Assembly: GCA_023515725.1 (NCBI GenBank) | Contig: JALDTO010000179.1 | Span: 516,053-580,052, forward strand | DNA: 64,000 nucleotides | Direction of reading: 5' to 3' | Source: Amoeboaphelidium protococcarum X5 | Taxonomy: Eukaryota; Fungi; Aphelidiomycota | In this document: positions 24,255 to 37,622 of the stretch, piece after piece | How positions within the stretch are numbered: the first letter of the stretch is position 1 | How the letters are laid out: each line of letters opens with the position of its first letter | The notes under the pieces: generated by a model | What the model saw: only the letters and a program-made list of their open reading frames with translations | Told to the model about the DNA's origin: nothing | The model's database searches: none | Position numbers and translations under genes: made by a program

Positions 24255-25758
24255 TCAGTAGTAGATGATATTACGAGAAGTGTCGATCTCAGTCTTTGCG
24301 TACAGTTCATCGTCGGTCGTGGTCTCGCTTTGAGACTTGCGCGTCACACTTTCATACAATCTCGACAGCTTAAATTTGTCTGATTGTACCCACGGGTGAT
24401 CCAAGGCTTGACTTATAGAGTATCTCATGCCAACATCAACAATCAGCAGCTTGCTTATCAGATCAGTAATTTATGGATCAAATAGGTCCCAGACCGGATC
24501 GTCAAATTCATAAATACCGCGTGTGATCAGATACTTCAACTGCTGGTCATCCCCTCCATCAAGGAACGGCATTGAAGCTGAAGCTAGCATGTAAAGAATT
24601 ACTCCTAAAGACCAGCAGTCGCATTTATTCGAATATCCTGAATCCTCCTTGGAATTCATTAGAACTTCTGGTGCGACGTATATAAGAGTTCCGCACATTG
24701 TCTGCAGCCTCGTCTTATTGCTTTGAACTTTGCTCAGTCCGAAATCAGTGATACAGACGCGAGTAAATCTGTCATTGGTCTCCAGTAATATATTCTCCAA
24801 CTTCAAGTCTCTATGACTAATATCATGTTCATGCAAGTACTAAGTACCAAGCAGCAGTTAGTAGAACACAAATTATACTTCAAGTGGATCCAATCCTGGA
24901 TACGTACGAGGTTTCAAGTCATCTGGCACCTGCTCATATAATTCAATACGACTTTGCAGACGCGTAAACAGCTCTCCACCATCACCAACGTACTCCAGCA
25001 TTAGGTAGATAGACTTGTCAGTCTCATAGACATCCAGCAACTGCACAAGATTTGGATGATTAATCGATTGCAAGACTTGAACTTCATTTCGGAGATGCTG
25101 AAACTATTTCTTGTTGATATGCAGATCCAACTTTGACTTTTATATAATCTTACATGCTGCACGCTACATACTACCTTTCTGTATAGCCAATTGAACAGTT
25201 GCAAAGTTGCCCTCTCCCAGAACCTTGTTCAAGACATAATACTTTTCATGGCACGCAACAAGATCGTTAACGCTATCAGACATCAGCTTTGAATCCTCCA
25301 AGTCAAGAAAGATGAAGAAGATCCGTCCCTTCAGTAACTCAATGTGATCATTGTGCTGCAGTGGCACATGATTGCCTTTACCCACTTGTATGCCATTGAC
25401 GAACGTGCCATTTGTCGACAGGTCAGTGAGTGAAACAATTCCATCAGCGCCTCGTTGCACACTGCAGTGATTATTGGAAACGTGCAAGTCAGTAATCCTT
25501 ATCTAACACGTCCTGTGTCTCCCAATTATAACACAATTTTCAAACAGCACTACAAATATTAGTGGTGTATTTCTTGTTGAACTCAATGAATGATTATTGT
25601 ATAGAGTACTTACAATGAGTCTGATGACCAACAAGTTTTGCCCATGCACAGTTCAGCTCCTGAGTATCACGCGTACTATGTTATGTCTACTACGTACCAA
25701 CTAACTGAGTCTGTTGAGTTAACTGTTGACTATAATTTGCTGTAGATAATTATGACAT
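24255..25758 (-). CDS. CHK2: Chk2/Cds1/Rad53-family checkpoint kinase (SQ/TQ cluster, FHA, kinase)
   Basis: TQ-rich N-terminus; FHA motifs IGR..C, VSNNHC, DLSTNGTFVN; GEGNFA, HRDLKLEN, DFG, TMCGT..YVAPE. Intron 25550-25613. Confidence 0.9.
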
Positions 25759-26119
25759 GATATGTGACGATATAAGAGGGTCTGACAATCAATCAATAAA
25801 TAAAAGAGAAACGAAATCACCATCAGTGCAGAGTATGAAACAGAGCGTAGCGCAGGAAACTGCCAGAGCATCGCCCATCATCCAGCCGGAAAGCCATTAT
25901 TCATTCCGAAACAATCGGAATGGACTTGTTTCAGCGCCACTTTAGCTGGGCATTTCGCGGCGTCAATCGGCGCCTGATTTTGGTTTGGCGCGTTTTATCA
26001 TCGTTTTGGCGTTTTACTCTCTTTCTCTCTTCATTCGTTCATAAGGTGTCTCTTTTATCATCAGTGTCACTAGTAGTCGTGCATTCTTACAATACGGGGG
26101 ATTAAATATTGTAAGCAGT

Positions 26120-27766
26120 ATGGTTACTGTATCTACAATTTTGGCTGGATTTTGCGCTGTAAGTGTTGCCCATGCAGCAGTCACTTTGTAGTGGTTGTCT
26201 GGCGACTCTCATATTGCAGCTGAGAACACTGATTCGTTTTAGATTGTCAAGGCGCTTTAATTAAGTGGTGATCATTAGTTGTAGTTCATTCATAAAGAAT
26301 CTACGAATAGCACAGTTTCTGCGTATGTGGCTCTTGGTTCCTAGTTAGATTCAGAGTAATAGTCTGTAATGCAGCTGCTTTAATTTGGAATTCCGGTCAT
26401 GTTAGTGGATGTCAGTGGTGAACAGAGAAAGTCGTTACTGTCTGAAGCCAAGTTTCCATTCATGAAGGATACGAGTGATGGTAGTGCCCTACTCTTGATT
26501 GATACTTTCCAGGATGTCCATGACGCTGTGCATTATCGTGTCTTTGATTTGCCTGCTGGTCAGAATGGGAATGTTGTTCACTCTGCCTACTCTGGTCTTG
26601 ATTACTCGCGGTCATCGAGTGACTAGGCTGTAACTGATGCTAAGGTGTTCAGTTTTACTTTTGGTGGTGACAGTAATAGCAGCAATAGCTCAAAGTTGCT
26701 ATCTCAAATCGCTTAAGACATGCATGACTATTTACGTAACTGTGCCGGAAATTTTGATCAAGTCACCTGTTGGAATTACGTCCAAGGATAGAAGTCCACT
26801 GATGCGTAGTTCAAGATCCAAGATGGTATGGATCAAGTTTAAAATACTGGTTCTATGGTTCCTGTGGATGAGGGTGCTGTATGGCGATAGCTGATTGAGA
26901 CCACTTATAAGAGTTGGGTTGTGTCATGGAGTGATCCGTTTCCGTTTAAGGATGATCAAGTGATAACTCATCGGCTCAATACTTACTGGTATCTGTATAT
27001 GCAAGCACCACCATTTCAGTAGTTGTACTATGCATTTGTACTGGTGGATGGTCTTCATAATCCAAATACTCAGATGGTTCATCCTGATGGAGTGGGTATT
27101 TATATGTCAAATGTTGAGATTGGAGTACACGCAGAGCGTGAAGATGGTATCTAAGATCCGGATAATGTATTTTGGTTGAAAAGTTCTCCTCCGACACAGA
27201 ACACCAAGCATGAAGTTGGCCGCAGCTGGTCTTCCACTGATAGTTTTCAGATGAGTATGAATCTTGGGTTCAAAGGTGAGCAAGTGGAAGGTGGACTGAA
27301 CTTTAATTACACCAAGTCGTTCACTGCTTCCTACAGTGAGAGTCGCGAAATTACCGACTGGAGTGTCATCGAGAACACCGATCCGGTGTAGAGTCGTGGG
27401 CTGTGGCGTTATTCTTAGAGCTGGCCTGTTGATATGATGCACAACATGGTGGACAATTTTCCTTAGCGTTGGCCCGAGTATTACGAGTAAGCTTGGAATC
27501 CGTGTCGGTGCAAGACTGTTCCTAACTTGTCCCAATTCGCTCTAGCCACCCATAACTCGATGGTTTGGGGCATAAAGCAAAAGCTGTTGAGTGAAGACAG
27601 ACGTCGCTTGCCGCTGAGATTTAAGCTGAGCCTAAAACCGAAAGCATCTGCGCACACCTGCGAAGTGTATGACGGACATCACAAGATGGCTTAATGGAGG
27701 ATTGAATTCAACAATATGGAATGGATCGTGAATGTGGCCGATCTTAATAATATCAAGTGGAATTGA
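26120..27766 (+). CDS. Secreted 548-aa protein, candidate leukocidin/Vibrio-cytolysin-like beta-pore-forming toxin
   Basis: Signal peptide MVTVSTILAGFCAVSVAHA; intronless. Contains SPPTQN..EV..S.S.TDSFQMSMNLGFKGEQVEGGLNFNYTKSFTASYSES...DWSVIEN...WRY...VPNLSQFAL...MVW. The CDS is secure; the family call is by recognition only. Confidence 0.7.
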
Positions 27767-27847
27767 ACTTGGAACGTGTTTTGAGAAACCATAAGTGGTA
27801 ATGTGACATCTGATTTAATACAATATTGGTAATGTATGTCTTACTAT

Positions 27848-28828
27848 TCACTATTTACGTTACTATCGTTGAGTGAGGCCACACAAGAAAGCGTGTACCA
27901 TAATGGCCAACAGTCTGCCAGTGCGGTACTCTTCAATAGTTGGATTATATTCTGAAAAGTCAATTAGTCTAACGCGACCATCTCCACCAGCCTGCTTGCA
28001 CATCATTATAGCCTCTTCAGCAGATAGACCATCTGGTGATGAACAACTCACTCCAGGACAATCTGAAGCTCTAATAGAATCAATATCAAACGACACAAAT
28101 ATACTGGTAGCTTTGGTATCAGCCACCGCTGATAGCCAATTACGGTCCCCTTCAGAATTCGATAATGACGTTTTCACCGCAGACAGGAACATTACCTGAT
28201 TACCAGATTATTTAATATATTCCACGTGACGTGAAGCACATTGTGGACCTTGTGCTGCATACACACTATACTTGCCATTCAACTGCTTGGAGAAGCGATC
28301 ATCTTCAATCAATAAGCGGAATGGAGATCCAGAGTGTACTTGGCCATTCTTCAGAGGTCTCACATCCAAGTGGGCATCAACATTGATTACATGCAATTTT
28401 TGATCGGCTAATTGCTGAGTATTATCAACCATACTCTTACATTCTAATAAATTTTAAATTAAAGCAGATGCATTTGGATAAGATTGATCGTTACCACCGC
28501 CAATTATAATGGGAATACCGCCAATATACAAAGCTCGATGCACCAACTCTGTCAGTCTGAGGTGAGCTTATTCTAGCGGTAATGAGGGATCCACATCACC
28601 GAAATCAACAATCTTCAGTTGACTCAGATCCACACCACTCTCAGTGTCTGATGAGCATAATCTATAGAACAACTTCCGGAAGCTAGCCGGTCCATCCTTG
28701 GCTCCGACACGCCCACCATTTCGCCTAACACCTTCATCATGAGGGAAGCCAATTATCACCACATTCGCTTCAACAGACTTTCGCTCATGATCGTTCACAA
28801 TGATATCCGCAATTCTAGGGTCTTCCAT
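27848..28828 (-). CDS. Formiminoglutamase (HutG-type, arginase family)
   Basis: GFPHDEGVRRNGGRVGA..GP, GGGND.SY, INVDAHLDVRP, HSGSPF, SFDIDS..PGVS, SEYNP. Confidence 0.9.
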
Positions 28829-29077
28829 TATTAAAGCTGACACAAATGTTGAATCTTTGTATTTATTCAAGTCTTGTAGTAAACAGTGTTGTTTCGAAAA
28901 GAGAATCCTCAGTTGACCGTGTTGTGACTTTACACTTCAAGTTAGACGCGCCACTCCACAAGCAAGCATGTCAGAATGTGGTGGTATTAAACTGGTGACC
29001 TTAAAGTAAGCTATTACCGAAATAACAATAAACGAATTGACGATATTAAAAGCAAAAATGATTTTTATTCAAAAGCC

Positions 29078-29392
29078 TCATAATCTAATCGCGTGTTGCA
29101 AGAGAGGGATGATGCTAAGTAGAATTGGCGCCATCAATAAATAGTTGGAAGCAGAGGCGACTTTTGAAGCGGATGAATTCGAAGATCTATTTCCACCAGA
29201 TGAATAGTATCCACCACCACCAATGTATCGCCTTGAAGATCTACCACCAGATTTGCCAGATGATGACGATGATGATGATGATTTCGAGGCGCGCTTGAAC
29301 AGATTGACATCTAACGCGTTATCGGGCTGTGCATTGACGCAAACTACCATTAAACACAGAAGCGCCAATAGGCAGAATTTAAATATCTGCAT
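29078..29392 (-). CDS. Small secreted Ser/Gly/Arg-rich protein, probably GPI-anchored
   Basis: Signal peptide, LFKR dibasic site, S/G-rich core, C-terminal small-residue site followed by a hydrophobic tail; TGA stop. Confidence 0.75.
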   Translation of the reverse strand: MQIFKFCLLALLCLMVVCVNAQPDNALDVNLFKRASKSSSSSSSSGKSGGRSSRRYIGGGGYYSSGGNRSSNSSASKVASASNYLLMAPILLSIIPLLQHAIRL

Positions 29393-29743
29393 TAGCTTAA
29401 ATAAATAGTTTTATAAAATTCTTGCGCGGTCTAATAGCGATCAATACTGCTGAAATTGAAAAGGGGTGATTGGAGCTTCGAGAGAGCCTTCTGTGTGACT
29501 TGACAAATCCACAGTTACTCCTCGTTCGGGGGAATCCGCAGTGTAGAAGATAATCCGCTTAACATTTGGTGTAGTTTCTTGAGTTTAGTGTTTATCAAGT
29601 CGTCGCTTCATTAAAGCATTTTGTCCCTTGGTGTTTTTAACTTGGTCTTACAGTATTCATTTACCAAAAATTCTTCAGAAAGGCCAGTGTCATTTATTAC
29701 TTCTCATTAAGCGTTTCCGTTTTGAGGTTCACAGTAAAAAACT

Positions 29744-31175
29744 ATGGTGGAGAATCTTGATTCTATGGATATAGAGCAGTCAGAGTCATAGCGCATGGGA
29801 TATAGAGTCACTCCAATGTGTCTTATACAACAACCTGTGGGTATAAATGCAATCGCTGCTACTCGCTGCATGAAAAGAGTGTATAGCGGTGGGCATGATG
29901 GTGTGGTGAGGCGATACGACTTCTTCGCCAGTCTCAATGGTAAACTCAAACTGAATCCTTCAACTCAACTTGGACTCCCCGATACTCTATGGCGGAATGG
30001 CGTCTCTTGCGGTCAGTGGACTAATTCATAAAGACATCCTCTGAATCTGATCCAAGATGATCCGGATGATCTGTCTCAAACGTCTGGCCTGGATCATACG
30101 ACGCGTCCAGTAATGTCCATGGCTCTAGAGAAAGAGGCTCTGTGGGTATTGATAGGCTAGAACGTAAGACTCACTGTTGATAAATCCTAGTTTATAACTT
30201 CTTATTATTGTAGGATGGAACAATATCGCTGTGCACCGCTCGCCATGACTCTGGTACATGTCTACACACTTTTAAAGGTCACTAATCTATTGTTAATCAG
30301 CTGACTCTTACTGCCGATGAGTAAAAGTTTCTAAGTGGATCTTGGGACTCTACAATAAACGTAAGCTGAATATGATACACTTGTAGTTATATTGTTCTAA
30401 TCATACGTGATAAGCATTGCGAAATGTATGAGTGTAGTTTTGGGATCTTAATGACGGTTCTTGTACGTAGAATTATGGTGGTGATAGTGGTTCATAAATA
30501 GTGTCCTTATAATTCAAACCAAGCAGTAGCGATAAATAGTTTCTATGTTCGCTTGCTGATGGATAAAGTAATATTTATGATGTGAGAACCTCCAAGCCTT
30601 AGATGTCTTTCTATGCACAGTCTAAAGTCTCCCCTAAAGTTGATTCTGACCCGCAGTAGTCACAAGAGCATGTGTATATGTCCGCTTGCTGGAGCCCAGA
30701 TGGTACACGGATATATTGCGGTAGGAGGGATGAGTCTATCGATGTTTGGGATGTGCGATCCTCTAATCTTGTACACAATGTCAAACTGCCTTCCAATTCT
30801 GGTATTGTATCTCAGACTCTAGCTCTAAGTGACAGCCGTCATCTTATAGTCTGTAGTCATGACGTTATTCGACTTTGTGATGTGAATGCAGCTCTGTCTA
30901 ATCCTGACTCAAATGGTGATTAATCTGGTGATATCTTTCAAATAGTTGGCGGTCATTATGGTGGATTTATATCTTAAGCTTTCGTTGATCCAGAAGAAAA
31001 GTTTATGGTCACGTCTAGTGGATCCAGAGGTTGGCATAATATATTGGATAATCATTAGATGCTATTTTATACCATAGATCGATGTGTTATACAGCAGGGC
31101 GACTAAAGTCTCGCTGATGTTGACTTATCATCTGAAGTGGATATTCAACAAAATGAATCTAAACAATAAATTTGA
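29744..31175 (+). CDS. SPT8: SAGA subunit Spt8-like WD40 protein
   Basis: INAIAAT...YSGGHDGVVRRYDFFASLNGK, RHDSG.C.HTFKGH, SGSWD, ACWSPDG, GGHYGGFISQ, SGSRGW. Introns 30164-30213 and 30361-30437. Confidence 0.8.
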
Positions 31176-31231
31176 ATTATGAATCGATGTTCTATTTTAT
31201 ATTTTAAGATTCATTATAGCGGTAGAAAGTA

Positions 31232-34200
31232 TCACAAAGGTGGCCATTGGCCGCGGATGACTTTTTCATAATCTTGCGTGATCCATTACAGATACGGTTC
31301 CAGTAAGAACTTGTTATGCTCCTTAAACACACCCATAAGATGCCTCTTCAATCCACCATCAATGTGGGATAAGACATTATGACGACTAAGAGACTAGATC
31401 CACGGGGCGATCTTGCCATTATTTATGCCAAGCTTCGGATTGATCATCAGTTATGGTTTAGCATTGAGCATCCTGAGATTAGATTTCAACTTGGGCAAAA
31501 TTGAACCATCCAAAATCAATTTGGCCACCTGGCGCAACTTGTCGCCATTTGAGAGACTCTTGAATTAGGATAACAAAATTGGAGTAGGCGGAAGATTTAA
31601 CACAACATTACTACCAATCGTAGGAGAGGAGTATGCATACATTGCATCCAGCTGACTATCATAGTATGGACACGGGTTCTCCAAAGGATTGCCAAAAAAG
31701 CATATGGATGGATTGACAGTGGCAATTGATTGCAGAGAATCCAACTGTGTGATATTGAGCATATAAATATTGCGTTAGCTAGTCTATCCACTATTTTAAT
31801 CTACATCAAGCACACTTTGCTCTAGGGGAGAGGAAGATGCTCTCCTAAGATCTTGATACAATACAAACTCAGGAGCAGATCTAACTAAGCAACTCGATGG
31901 ATGAATGTAAATATACTCTGCTGCAGTCTATCCGATGTCCGAATTGAAAGACATCACTTCTTGGAAGACTGCTTTATACGGAATCAACTTCTAACCTTTA
32001 TGCTGCTTCTTACACCTAACAGCTATTCTATCACAATTAGCTGACAGTATCACATCTTTAACTAGTTGGACTTAGTCAGAATGTAATTGGAATGCTCTTA
32101 ATTAATCAACTGTGATTTATATTCCGCTTTCCGCATTTATAATGTTGAAAATCTATTTTGACAACTTCTGCACTTCTTGCATCGCTTTTAGTCTAAAGCC
32201 ATATTTAACACAGAATGCCTTAATGTCTCGGTGTTGGATACACTTGAGCACAGCTTCAGCCATCAGCATAGGATCACTATCATACCCGTTGTTAAATTCA
32301 TTACGCGTCACTCTTTACTGGTCCTGTTATTATTACTAATAATCTTCATCATCATTTTGACTAAAATCGAATTATCCTGGAATACTTACCGTTTAATCAA
32401 AGATCTCTCCAACAGTCAATGCACTCACCATCAGAACAACAAATGGTAATAGCTTGGGATGATTTTCAATACAGAACACTATCATTTTTCCATATCGCGG
32501 ATGGATAGGATAGTTTGCAATCTGACGGCCCATTGGAGTAATAGATTTTCGCTAAGAGTCAAGTGCGCCTAGCGATACTAGCATCTTCTCACTCTATTGC
32601 AACTGCTGCCTATCTGGAGGACTCGGGAATGGAAAATTGCACACATTATCAATCTCCATGTTTTTCATCTACAGCACCACTCCATCAATTGGCATTCTCT
32701 GAATCTCCGGCGCTGTATGTTATTACATCTAATATTAATACACTGCAGATGAGTAAAGTCGGTACGTGTGACCGGCTTCACATCTACCAGCACGTCCACT
32801 CCTCTGATCAGCAGAGGCTTTAGAAGTCCACACATTCTTGAAAGAGCTCACACCATTTTCGATATCATAACTCAGTTCTTTGACACGTCCACAGTCCACC
32901 ACATACTTGATTCCCGGAATAGTCAGGGAAGTCTCAGCAACATTGGTGGCAACTATACACAGTCGGTGATGTTCAGACACCTTTTCAAAGATTCGCATCT
33001 GATGCTCTGTTGACTAGAGTGCAAATAGTGGCAAGACATGCAATTTCAACTTCTTTTTAATCTGCAACTCTTCCTAGGTGAATCCTTCTTCCAAATTCTC
33101 ATCGTCATCCTAATCATCATCTCTACCTGGTAATTGATCATAATCATCCTACCCGGACACTAAGCCACGCTCATTCTATAACATTTAAATCAACTATGCA
33201 ATCTCCTGCTGACCAGTCAGAAACACCAAAATACCACCTGGAGGAAGCTTCTTATGAATCTTGCACACCTTATCATACGCAGCATCAATATAATTCTCCG
33301 GAGTCGTTTTATTAAAGTGAACAGTGACGGGGAACTGACGAGCTTTGACTTCAATCAGAGGAGGTGGCAACTTGAATAACTGCTGATTTTGAACAAAGTC
33401 GTCAACACGCAGAGTGGCAGACATAATTACCAGTTTGAGGGGATAAACGCGAACACTCTTACCATCGACCACCGTGGTTCGCTTCTCCTAGAACAATTTA
33501 CGTCTCAATGGCACAACTCTGCTCAGTAGTCCGATGAGGATGTCGGTATTGAGAGATCTCTCGTGAGCCTCATCCACCACTATACAGGAATACTTAGTGA
33601 GCAATAGATCCTTGCTGATCTCTTTCAATAGAATACCATCAGTCATAAACTTTATCGCCGTATTTAAAGAGACATTGGTGTCATATCTGACCTAATATGC
33701 TACTTTACCATCCACTCCCAACTCCTACTACACTCTTTACGCTATGCTGACGGCAGCGACTCTCCGCGGCTAAGTCACACCTATCATACCAGCACGTTCA
33801 TCCGGCCTGAAAGATTAATCAGCGCTGATGGTATTGTTAGTACTATTCTGAGCACTACCAAAGCCATATTCGAACAAAAACTGTGGCAATTGAGAAGTTT
33901 TACCACTACCAGTCTCTCCACACAGCACAAGAACATCATTCATGTGGCAAGTGCTCTTCTCATTACTCAGGATCTTTTCCATAATCGTATGCTCCTCAGC
34001 CAAAATAGGCAATTATAGACGTGCCTATTATATATCTTCGTCTCTCTCAACTAGAACATACTTTGCCTGCACTCTAGGTCTATCTGCATATTTTTACTAC
34101 AGACTAGTATTCTCATTCTTCACATGATTGACTAACTTAAGTTGTAATAACTTTACAGTATCATCTCGCGGTTCTTTCAAGTCAGATTATGCGCTCTCAG

Positions 34201-35008
34201 AGACAGTTGACTAGCCAGCAGGCTTTTTATCATCAATATCTTAAACCTCCTTGACACTGACATTATCTTCATCATCAGATGATGAATCGCTATCACTACT
34301 CGACTCATTTAAAATCACTTCAGGCATGAGTTTACGCTTCTTCTACTATTACTATTCATCACTATCCTATTTATTAGTCTTTTAAGATTTCAAAGCAGAA
34401 CCAAACTTAACTGGATAAGATGCCAGATGCTTAGTTGTAGGCTTAACTTCCTCAATTGATTGCTATTACTCCACCTTCAGATCATCATCATTATTATCCA
34501 ATTTATCAGAATCATCATTTTACTATTACTAAAATAACGCGTCATTATCCACCATGATGCCAGCTCTATGAACATTGAATGCATATCTGACGCGTTCTCT
34601 CTCTGTAACACTAACACCAGATGAGATACCAGCAGAGGATCTAATCAACACATTCCTCGAGTCCACAGACTTGGATGACAATGCCACCTTCTCCATCAGT
34701 TCTCCATGCTGCTCCTTTTTCAACTTCTTCTCGATATACTTCTCCAGCTTCTTCTTACGCGTCTTGGACATTTTACTCTCAGTCTGGATTTACAGCACCT
34801 TATGTAAGCTCTATACCGGATTTTAATCAACAGCATAAGTAACACCTTCGCCGGTATTACTAGTATTGATACTCTTCACCTTCTTCTTCAAAGCCACCAG
34901 GCCACCATTACGAGCATTGGGATGCAATCTCAAGGTGGACACATTAACTTTACTTTATAGGGAGGAAGCTCTAGCCTTTTCATTATATCTTGGTCTAGAT
35001 CGACCCAT
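31232..35008 (-). CDS. DHR1: DEAH-box RNA helicase Dhr1/Ecm16 (DHX37)
   Basis: [13 protein letters not shown] start; [45 protein letters not shown]. Confidence 0.93.
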
Positions 35009-35231
35009 TATTGATGATTATTGCGATTTTGATATAAAATGCGGCTAGTTACTAGTAAATAAGCACAAGTTTTGATCAATTTTAACAAGACTGCGAAATG
35101 TCAAACATTTAACAGCTGCGAGATTAAAGTAAAGTGAAAGTAAAAGTTGCATTCATAAATTATGGTTCTTTTATAAATAAATGAAATTTACAATGTATAC
35201 AATCAAGAAGGGTTGCTGCAAGAGATTAAAG

Positions 35232-36014
35232 TCAATCGCTGTGCAGTTTAGCAAATGTCTCACATGTAGATTGTAACTGTAGTTGTTCGCCACCAGTGTT
35301 GTTCTATAACGATTTGATCTCTCTGCAAATAATCTGGGATCCAAACTCATGATAGTATCGACACTCTAATGACTTTCTAATGACACCATCAATAAAAAGC
35401 TACATCTAGCATAGAGCAAACCAATAATCCTGCATCACGCGAATCTTCACTGAGTATTGACTGCATCCATTATCATCCAATTCGTCTTCATATAGAATCA
35501 CAGAGTCAAAGTACTTGATTTCCCCACCATGAGCAATCTTGTGCATATTCATCTTATGTTGGGGTAGAGTTGCAACATTCCACTCTACAGTATTGCTATT
35601 GCTGCTGTCTTGATAAAACTGGAATGTGCCCATATAGTCGGACCAGTATGTCCAATCATAGTCACCTTCTGTGGCGCTTTATTACACATCATTATTACCA
35701 TCGAATCCCAAATTTCGCGCCCGCCTCCATGCCAGACTACTTTTGACTGAATACGGAGGCTTTTACAACTAGACCTTCTTCAATGCATCCGCAGCATTCC
35801 ATTCAATGACTAGTTACGTATGAGGAGATTATATATGTAGTTTATTATCAGGAAATAGCATCAGCGGGGATTTGTAACCGAACTTGTGTTCAAATTATAG
35901 TAGTTCACTGTCGGATGCAATGGTGCCTTTCTATGATTTAAAATGCCATCCACGGTGCGAGTACTCAGCATCCTACTTCGATTTACTCTTCGCCATAGTT
36001 GATGACGCAAGCAT
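35232..36014 (-). CDS. TIP41: TIP41/TIPRL PP2A regulator
   Basis: MLFPDN, YDWTY.SDY.GT, FDSVILYEDELDDNG.S.YSVKIRVM. Confidence 0.9.
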
Positions 36015-36289
36015 TGTCGTTCCTTTAAATTTAATGCTAAACTCAAAAATGTATTTCTCTACAAGCAGCGTTAATATTAAAATGTTGTATAGGGAGTTGC
36101 AACTCACTCCTCTCTTTCACTGGCTCTCTGTCTCTCTCACAGTAGTCCTCTCTCTCAATGACGCGTTGACGCGAGACGGAGGAAATCGATCAACTTTCGT
36201 AAGTCAATCTCTTATTCAGCAGATTATCGTTTAGATTCAATTACCGGCGAAAGCGCTTGTATATTTAAGAGTATCAGTTGTATCACAAT

Positions 36290-37519
36290 ATGTCGCTGAT
36301 AGTACTTGTGCATGGATTGCATGGAACGCATCATGACTTTGATTATATGGTGGAGTATTTGAAGGAGCAGACTGCGGACAGGGAAGATGTGTTCATCCTA
36401 GCCTCGGAGTGTAATGGGTTCTTGAAGACACATTTGGGATTATAGGCGATGGGATAAGCGCTTTTGCAGGAAGTCGCCTAGTTTGTAAAGTAGAATATGT
36501 AGAGCTATAAGGAGATCTAGTTGAGTGTACTTGGTCATTCGCTGGGTGGATTGATTGCGAGATACGTTCTGCCAATGTTGTTACGTGGTGGAAATACTAG
36601 CGATGAAGATGATGATAATTAAGAGGGGATATTGAGTGACGTTGAATTCGTTCCAGTGGGGTATTATGCAGTATCAAGTCCGCATTTGGGTAGTAGACGC
36701 GGTGGTGGATGGATGGGTACAGCGGCTGGTCTGTATTTGAAGTATCTGGTTGGAAGGACTGGCCGTGAGCTATTCATGGGAGATGAGTATACTGAAAGTG
36801 GCAGTAGTTATGCCCTGCTTGAGTACATGTCTTAAGCGGATTCTCAGTTCATGAAAGCCTTGTTGAAGTTTCCTCAGCGGACACTCTTTGGTCATTTGCA
36901 AGATGTTACCGTTCCTCTGAGTTCATCACTCATTTGGCCTGATCATCCCTTGTCTTCAGTATAGTTATAATAATAATAGTAGTAATAGCAGTCTAAGTAG
37001 AACGAGTCTTAATAATAGTAGAGCGAATTCTAATAATCACGTCAAGCATAGAAGAGTTAATACTAATGTAAAATTGTGTGGCAGTAAAACTTGACAGATG
37101 TCCTTATAGAATAAACTGAAGTCTGTGACATTGCAGTGGATTTAGTGGATTTAGTGGATTCTACTGACATTACGTAGAAGTAATCATTAAATGAATAGGC
37201 AAAGCAAGCAGTGCAATAGGAGTAGAATCGATAATCAGAGTGGCGGGATGGTGTTGAGCTCTTGTATAATCATAATGTGTATTGTTCATTGTAAAATGTA
37301 GATTTTAGAAAAGTGTTATTCAGCTATGACATTCCAGAGTCTGACTTTATTGCGCGCGTATGCTCTCACGGTGTGGTGGTTGGTAAACGTATCGCTGTGG
37401 TGGAGAAGCTGCTTAGTACACTTGGTTATGGTGATAAAGCGCAATTGTTGGTCCAGTGTAGTTAAAGTAGTGCTAAATTTATCGCTACTATGATATTGAA
37501 AGATTTAAACGTGTAATGA
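36290..37519 (+). CDS. DUF676 putative serine esterase/lipase
   Basis: VLVHGLHG, GHSLGGLIARY, SPHLGS, GRTGRELF. Confidence 0.88.
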
Positions 37520-37622
37520 TGTAATGTATGCGGTGGGTTATATCATGACTACAGTATCTATTAACATCTACAATATAATGTTTCTATTACAATCTAGTTT
37601 TTTATTCAAATTATGAGGGAGA

